This document shows positions 56,040-64,000 of a stretch of DNA of 64,000 bases, piece by piece. Within the stretch, counting starts at the first letter, position 1, and each line of letters starts with the position of its first letter. Origin of the DNA: Felis catus. Its lineage: Eukaryota. The stretch spans positions 372,001 to 436,000 of the forward strand of contig NC_058375.1 in assembly GCF_018350175.1 (NCBI RefSeq), given 5' to 3'. The position numbers and the translations under genes are program-made. Below the pieces are notes generated by a model. It was not told the DNA's origin and did not search any database. It worked only from the letters and a program-made list of their open reading frames with translations.

Positions 56040-59000
56040 TCACATGATGTCAACAAAAAATTCACAGGGGTTTCCCATGGCCTTCTGGAAGGACTGGCGG
56101 CTGCCCGTCAGCTCTGGGGGAACAGCAGCCAGCTCCCGGACGGGCGGCCCCCCAGGCGGCCCCCCCACCGCCGAGTATGCCTTTGTCAGGGGGTACAGTG
56201 GGGGGAGCCCCGGGGCGGCGGCCGAGGCCTGACTGTGTGGGCTGCTGCCCCGGCTGAGCTGACTAGCCGGACGCTCCCTCCAGCCGCTGCCAGCGACCCC
56301 ACTCGGTGCTGCATGGTCCGACTCGCTGCCACTGCCTCCGGCTCCAGCCGCCCGGCGCTCCTTCTCGCGGCCCAGTGCCCGCCGGCTGCTGCCGCCGGCG
56401 CTCCGGGTGGACCCACTGCTTTTGCTTCCTGGAGTCAAGGAGTGGAGGGAGGAACGAGATGGCGTGAGGCCGTGCCACTCCCAGGACAACCGGGCGTTGC
56501 CAGGGCAACCAGGGGCAGAGCCTGGTGGTCTCAAGCAGGGTGGGTGGGAGGGGGGCAGCCATGCAGACAGGAGGGCAGGGCCGACCCCACTCAGAGAAGC
56601 CAGAGCAGCTGCAGCAGCACAGGGCGGGGGGACGGGGCAGTGGGGGGGGGGGGGCGCAGGGCGAGCGGCGGCAGGCAGGGACACTCCGGGGCCAGCACAG
56701 TGCCTCCTCTCACCCCAATGCCTGACCTTGCAGCTGAGGACCTGAGGCACCAGTGAGGCCCTGTGTGCCTGGTGCTCCCATCGGCCATCCTGGGCCCCCC
56801 CCCCCACAAAGACCCGCCTTCCGTCCAGCCCCAAGGCCCTGGCCAGCTACTCAGCTCAGCCCCCGTCCTGGGCTCCCAGGAAGAGCGGGGAGCCTGAGAA
56901 GGCCAGCTGGCTGGGAACATGCCGAGAGGGACGCCGGGCAGGACCCTGGCTTACCGGCCCGGAGGGTCCACTCCGCTAGTCCTTCAGTCTAAGGCTTGCT
57001 CAGCACAAAGCAAGGGATAGCATGAGTCACACAGCAGGCCCAGCCCGGTCACCCTTCCCGCCCACAGGGGCATGCCGCCACCAGCTGGGCCTATCCAGGG
57101 TCCACAGGCACCCAACACAGCTTCCCCTTGGGCACCACTGCCCTCTGACTTGCTCTCCTCTCTCTCCCACCCCTTTCTGGGTCTACTGGGCTGGCTGCCT
57201 GGCCTCTCTCTCCTGGTCTCAGCGACACAGACAGCCTCAGGCCACTCCTCCAACAAGCCCCTCCTCAGCTCTCCACACATCCCAGAGTGGATGCGCAGTT
57301 GTCTGTGAAAGTGTCCCCTCTGGCTCCCTGCTGGGCTGCAGGCGCCGCGGCGAGGGTGGGGGAGGTCTGTCCTCCACTGTGTCCCAGGGCCCCTCCACCG
57401 CCCTTTTCCGCGTCATCTCCCGGCCTTTTGCTTCTGCCACACCTGGACCACCAGCCCCTCCCGCACACACACAACCACCGAAGTCTGCAGGGTTCGCCCC
57501 GTCCCCCTCAGCCACTCACCCCTTCCAGAAGGAGCACGCCCAGGGCCTCAACACAGAGCAGGCAGGAGCACACAGGGCAGGGGCGGGGGGGGGGGGGGCG
57601 GGCACACAGGGCAGAGCCAGGCGGCGGGGACAGCAGGGAGCCAGGCGCCCGGCAGGCTCTCACCTTCACTCTGCTGACTCCCAGCACTGCCGCTGCCGTA
57701 GCTGAAGCCAGGGTCCTGGTATGCGGGTGGGAAGCAGGGCGGGGGGCCCGGGTACTGGTAGGGGTAGCCCTGACCCAGGGGCCAGGGGGCGGCCGGATGG
57801 GGCAGCGGGGCCAGGGTGTCCTGATCCGAGGCCCCACTGGAACCACTGTTGAGGTTCAGGGCTGCGAGATCTGGCAGGAAGGGAGGGTGGCTGAGGGCGG
57901 GGTGGGCAGGCCCTCTGGGGACCCCCTGCCCCGCAGCCCCTCACTCACTGCTGCACAGGTCCCCGAAGACGTAGTAGCACTGCTCCGAGAAGGTGATCTT
58001 GTTCACCGTGTGCCGCAGGAAGCCACGCTTCAGCATGCTGCTGGCGTACTTGCGGGCCTCGCGCCGTTCCTTGAAGCCCTCCACGTGCGTGTACAGCCAG
58101 TCCACCACGTCCGCCCCTGGCCCGCGGCACGTGTCAGGGCACGGAGCCTGGGGGCGCTGACCCTGCCCACCCGGAGCCAGCCCAGCGGGGACCCCTCACC
58201 GATGACGGCATTGGCGATGGTGATCTTGAGCCACATGCGGTCTCGGATCTCCAGGCCCGAGTCCGGCAGCTTCATGACACGCACCACGGCACCCATGTCA
58301 CTCTTCACCGTCAGCGGCGCCTCCTCCAGCTCTGCAAGGCAGAGCCCCCCCTTCAGCCCCGAGCAGCTGAGGGCAGGGGGGAGGGCTTGGGGTGGACCCT
58401 GGGCCCTGCTGCTGCACCCGTCTCAGAGACCTGGCTCCACGTAGGGTCTCTGGTCCCAGAGCCCAGATGGCAAGGCTGTCTCGTGACTGTGGGGCCCACG
58501 CCCACCACAGGATGGGCCCTCCCAGGGGCGGGGAGCAGGCGTGGGCCGGGGAGATTGAATCTCTTGTCTCCTGCCCCTGCAGATGCTTCATCGGGATCTT
58601 GGGCCCAAACCAAGGTGGAGCCACCCCCGCCCTGCAGGTCAGACCCCCAAGAAGAGAGATCAGGCCTCTCCCCACCACCACCCCCCTCCCGCCACTCCTC
58701 CGCTAGCTCAGGGCTGTTAGTCGTGTTAGCTGCAAGAAAGCAGGCAGGGGTCACACACATGGGGGACAGGCCACTCCCCCGGTCTCCGCCGAGGCAGAGC
58801 CCTGGGCAGGGACCACAGGGCTGTCCTGGTCCTCTGGGCACCTTTCCACCCACCACACAGGCAGCAAACCGGAAGGAGGGTGCGCACGAGGGCACACACG
58901 GGTCAGACACACGTGTCGGCAGTGTCCATCCGTACGTGTGCCCTGCGCCTGACTGTGCTGGGTGGGCACTTAGGACGGGTCCCCCACCCGGGTGCCTCAG

Positions 59001-61797
59001 GTCCCTGCTCTCCTGAGCTGCCACTTACGCGGAGCGCCGGGCACAGAGCTGGTTAGTGAGGAGGAGCTGGTGCGCGTGACGGCGCTGGAGCAGGGGCTCG
59101 TACCGTAGCGGGGCAGGGCTCCGGTCAGCGCCGCCGTGTGGGACAGCCAGGCGGCAGGGTCGATGGGCCGAACCGGGTCAGCTGGGTGGCCACCGTGTGG
59201 TAACGCGTGTGGTAACGGACAGATGGACAAACGGACGGGCGGATGGTAGGACACACAATGGAGCACGGGGGCACAGAGGAAAGGACCTTCAGGCTGGGCG
59301 AGCGCCCTCATCCCCCTCCCCTGTCAGCCCTGAGGGGTCACTTACCCCTCGGGATGGTGAAGTAGCTCCGGGGGGTTGGGTCCCAGCACTTGGCCACCGT
59401 GAGGCTGATGGGCCTGTGGGGTGGGGCAGGTCACACGGGGAACACCCCGTGCGGGCCCCCCAACACGCCACCTGCCCACCCCGCGCCTCACCCCGTCTGG
59501 GACACGATCTCCCGCAGCACCCGCACAGCGTCATCGTTGCTCATGCTCTCGAAATTGATGTCATTCACCTGGGGGGCAGGGAGGGGTTCAGCGCGGTGGG
59601 CTGGGGGTGCCGGCCTCTCGGCCCCCCAGCAGCTCCCGCAGCCCCGCACCTGCAACAGCATGTCCCCGGGCTCAATGCGGCCGTCGGCAGCCACGGCCCC
59701 GCCCTTCATGATGGAGCCGATATAGATGCCGCCGTCTCCCCGGTCGTTGCTCTGCCCCACGATACTGATGCCCAGGAAGTGGTGCCTCTCTGCAGGGGCG
59801 AGGGGTGAGCAAGTGTCTTCTGAGGGGGCCTGGCCCACCCAGGCGCCCCGCACCCCACTGGGGAGGCCCCACGGAGCCCTCACCCATGTTGAGCGTGACG
59901 GTGATGATGTTCAGGGACATAGTAGAGTCCGTGATGCTGCTAAAGGAAGAGGCCTGTGGAGGGGCACGAGTGAGGGGGTGCAGGTGGGGGCTTCCGAAGG
60001 GCAGACCCCACCCAGCGCCTGGCTGCCACCTACACGGTCCGTCTGCCGCAGGCGCTGCTTCCGCCGCCGGCGCTTGTGCTTCCGGATGAGCCGGGAGGAG
60101 GTGCTCTGCTCCGTGGAGCTGCTCAGTCTGGGGGGGCATGAAGGTCAGGGGCCAGGCCACAGGCTGCAGGGCTGAGGCAGGTGGGGAGAACAGGGCGCCC
60201 CCCAACACACACACGCAGGGAGTGGAGGTGATGGGCGTTGGGTCTTGTCCCCCCCGTCCCCTGGCCCCGACCAGGCCGACTGTGGGAGACACGGGGCTGA
60301 GGTACAGTTTGCTCAGGAGAAGGCTCAGCTTCTGGTTGTGCACACATGACACGTACACACCCCACACCTGCACGGAGCACTTCTCTCAGGACAAACGGAG
60401 ACACAGACACTGAGCCAGCACATTCGTGCACGTACACCTGTAACACACCCACTCGACACACACACCCATTCACGTACACGTGCCCGTGCAATCAAGCACA
60501 CATCCAGGGTCACACACACCCATGTACACATGCGCGCACACACACACACACACAACCTGTATACACCTGCACACCCATGTAGAATGTGGCCATGCACACA
60601 CACACCCGTTCACACACATAGGCCCATGCCCATACGTGCGCACCCATTACACACCTACGCACACGTGCCCCCACACACCACGCCCACGTGTGCATACACC
60701 TATAGCACACCCGTGCACACCTGCATGCACACCCACGCACCGGCTTGTGTTGTCATCCTCGTCTGAGTCGATGAAACTACTGGACTCAAGCTCACTGCTC
60801 AGCACGGTGGACGCGCTGTCGGCGGGCAGCCCCAGCTCTCGCCGCCGGTCCCCCCTCGGGTGCCCATTGGTCCGGGCAGCTACGGGGAAAGCCAGTAGGG
60901 GAGCTGGCCGTGGGGTCCCGTGTTGCCTCGAGCACCAGCTGAACTAGGAGCTGGCCAGGTGACTGTGGGACTGCTGGGGGGCGGGATCACCGGGGTCCTG
61001 TGCAGACGGGCCTAGGACCTCCACCCGGGGTCCCCTACTGGTTGGGGGCAGTAACTGGGAGCAGGCAGGGACATGGGGTGCACCACAGGGGCCCAGGGGT
61101 GTCCGCCGTGTGGCCCTGTTACCCTCTTCGCGGTTCCGGCGTCGGGCTCTCTCCCGCCGGTGGCTGACCATGGACTCCGTGCCAGTGTCGTTGTCCATGC
61201 AATCACGGCTGCTCGCTACATTGGGGCTGTGCCCACAAGAGGGGGTGGGCCAGGGCAGGCTGTACCTTGGACGCCCTCCCAGCTCCTTGCCCCTTCTCCC
61301 ACCCACCCACCTACCTAGATCGGGCCTCTCTGCCCGCCCCGCATCCGCTGACCAGTTTCTACTGCCCGTGGGTCCCTGGTCAGCTGCCCCTCCTCCCGAA
61401 AGGCCTGGCCGGCAGCAGGCCCCTCAGCACCACCAGTCTCAGCCCCCCGCCCACAGTCCTTACTGGAAAGAAGGGGGCCGGGAATCCCCAATGCCGCCCG
61501 TCCTCTCAAGAGGCGGGGGCAGGTCTGTATGGCCATCAGTGCTCTGAGACCCTGCGTCCGAGTGCGCGCCCTCAGCCAGGACCAGCTGTGGAGGAGAGCG
61601 ATGGCTCAGGGACGCCCCCCCGCCTGCGGGCCCACCCCCCACCCCCACCCCCACCCCCGCCACGGGCTCACCCAAGCCCAGCCCCCACCGTAGCCTAGCA
61701 GCCTCTGCCAACATCCCACGGACTCACCCAGGAGACCACGCGGCCATTGAAGCAGGGCAGCTTGGCGTTATCATCAGAGATCTCCTCCTTTACCACC
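56040..61797 (-). CDS. DVL1: Dishevelled segment polarity protein 1, 5'-partial (exon 1 beyond the window end)
   Basis: Exons 61728-61797, 61464-61585, 61123-61226, 60741-60879, 60034-60127, 59884-59953, 59650-59789, 59492-59568, 59346-59413, 59029-59181, 58200-58331, 57949-58116, 57664-57870, 56040-56428. DIX end ([20 protein letters not shown]), PDZ ([27 protein letters not shown]), DEP ([22 protein letters not shown]), C-terminal [13 protein letters not shown]. Confidence 0.97.
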
Positions 61798-64000
61798 CTG
61801 TGGGCAGACACGGCCGTGAGGTCACCTGCACCAGGGCCTGCTCACACCAGCGCAGTCCGGAGGTAAGACCTCCCCACACTCTTGTCCAGGGTGCGTGCCG
61901 GCCCAGGGCGCACAGCCCCACGCCCAGATGTCAGTCTGTGGATGCTGCTGCCCAACACGTTCCCTTCCTGGGGACCCCTCCCAGGGCCCGGGTCAGAGAG
62001 AGGCCCAAACTCCCGACCCTCTACCAGCAGGGGGTCATCTCCTACAGCCCCCTATAATGCGAGCATTAATCTTGCTTTGTGTTGTGTGCCCCACGCAGTG
62101 TGGATCCGTGAGGGTGGGGCTCTGTCTGGCTTTCCCCCTCTACCTCCCCTCCCCCAACCCCAGCCCCAACCCAGAACAGGGCCTGTTCACAGCAGGCCTC
62201 CATACAGATGTGAGGACAGTCAGTCAGACCACACGGACACAGGCAGGTAGAGATGGGTGGCAGACAGGCCTGTACACGCACACGGAGGGCAGGCCACAGC
62301 CCTCCTGACCCATCTAACTGGCCAAGGAGACAGAAGCAGACCCCCCGACTCACTGCAACAGCCCAACCCAAGGACTGAAACACAGCCAGGCACAAGGCTT
62401 TGGGGCCCACCGTGGAGTCTCAGCCCCAGAGGCCAGCAAGCCCCAGCAGCCACGATGCCCCGCCATCAGCCCCCGGCCTATGTTTCAATGCCACACTTGC
62501 TCAGGGGGGGTTAGGGGTGGGGAAGGTACCCAGGCAGGACGCAGAGGACACTGGGAGGGAAGCATACAATGCTGTGGTCAGACACAGGTTTGCGAGGGGG
62601 GCGGGGAGTCAGGTCTCAGATTCAGAGGGCCAAGGAGAACAACAGCCCGCAAAGATCACAGGGGCAGCTGGGGAGGGGCGGTGGGGCAGAGCAGGCAGTG
62701 GTTACGGCCCAGATGCACCCCCAGGGATGAGGGCAGGCAGGGTCAGGCCTACAGCAGGAGGCACCCCTGCGCCCTAACCCCCTGGAGCCCAACCCTGCCC
62801 AACACAGAGAGATTTCCACACCCGGGACTTGGGCCCAGTGGAGAAACAGGAGCCAGAACAGGCAGGAAGCAGCCTTGTGACCTGCTGAGCCCGGACACCT
62901 GGACTCTGCTAGTCCTGGGCAGCAACAGGTGGCAGGAGGTCCCCACGGAGCTGGCACCGCACACTCCCCTCAGGGAGCAAGGCCCAAGTCCACCACCCAC
63001 CACCCAGGCCTCAGAAGACAAAAGACACAAGGCCAGCCTGGGCGGGATGGGGCACCCTGCCAGGGTCAGCCACACACGCAACGATTAGGTGGACACCCCA
63101 GTGGGAGAAGGCCCCACGTCTGCCGCCCCAACTTACGATTGCACCACAGCCCTACGGAGTTGGGCTTCCGGGGGAGGCTGTGACCCAGCCCCGGACTCAG
63201 CAGAGGCCACGTAAGAGGGTGTCACCACAGCAAGACCTGAGGTGGCCTAGGGACACCTGGGGCTCTGCCAGCCGCAGCCAGCAGACAAAGCCCTGGAGCA
63301 AGCCCTCCTGGGAGCCCAGCAGGCGGAGAGCACGGTCTCTGAGTGAGGGCAGCGACAGAGACTTGGGAGGGACCTGATTCCTGTCTCACAGCCCAGGTGG
63401 CCCAGCCTTTCCTGCCATTCCCAAGCCCCCGCCCTTTCTGACTCACCCCCCCCCCCGCCCCAGCAGGCAGATGGGTGCCCCAGCCCCCACACCACAGGGC
63501 CTGCCTGGCTCCCCCAGGGGCAGACGCGCCAGAAGCACCCCAGGTCTCTACAGCTCACCTGGCCAGGGCTTAGAGATGACCAATCAGCCAGGGTTGTCCC
63601 CGACCCCTGTACAGACGCTCCACCCCCAGGGCCCAGAGTCCCTGCTTCCCTGGCCCCCCCAGCCTGTCCTCCAACCAGCACGACAGAGCATCCTGCCTTC
63701 CGCCTGAGGCCTGGGGCACTGGGGGATACCACAGTCCCCCACCCAGCTAGGCCAAGACAGCCAGGCTGGGGGAAGGGGCACCAGAGCCCCCAGGACAAGG
63801 GCGTGGGTGCTTTCCCCAGGATACACGATGCTGCCCACCACTGGCCAGCACGATCTCTGGGTGCTCCAGGGCAGAGACAAGGGTAGGAGAGGCCTCAGTG
63901 GAGCTGGGGGAAATGCCTCCAAGCAATTCTGGGGCTCCCTCCTGGGCCGGGCCTCACCAGGTGGAAGAGCAGGCCTCAGGAGGAGTCTCCACCGACCCTC

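Noticed and set aside
57287-58444. 385-aa + strand ORF
   Set aside because: Antisense shadow of GC3-rich DVL1 exons and introns; no independent evidence.
61770-61785. DVL1 DIX EEISDD versus recalled human EEIFDD
   Set aside because: Ser is the residue in DVL2/DVL3 and is probably ancestral, so it is not a notable change.

Overview
This is GC-rich, gene-dense mammalian genomic DNA from a felid, most likely domestic cat: the T1R3 protein matches the feline sequence as I recall it, and the SINEs are carnivore CanSINE/SINEC_Fc type. It is syntenic with human 1p36.33. Gene order is: UBE2J2 5' end/CpG island (-, by synteny only), SCNN1D (+, 13 coding exons, about 624 aa, intact), ACAP3 (-, 24 exons, 833 aa), PUSL1 (+, head-to-head with ACAP3), INTS11 (-, 17 exons, 600 aa, tail-to-tail with PUSL1), CPTP (+, 214 aa, head-to-head with INTS11), TAS1R3 (+, 865 aa) and DVL1 (-, exons 2-15; exon 1 lies beyond the window). 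Exon chains were traced by hand through GT-AG sites with consistent phases. I find no wholly new biological system, and nearly all ORFs in the supplied track are GC-rich noise or exon fragments. The most notable items outside the standard gene models are: a box C/D snoRNA candidate in ACAP3 intron 1; a 52-bp phased tandem repeat in the ACAP3/PUSL1 bidirectional promoter; a full-length RPS23 retrocopy nested in an old L1 and itself split by a young SINE inside INTS11; a TATA-driven 36-nt first coding exon and a frameshifted C-terminal tail in SCNN1D; an out-of-frame ancestral-like PUSL1 tail; and the open 'Robinow' shadow frame of DVL1. Comparisons to human proteins and annotations are from memory and need alignment to confirm.
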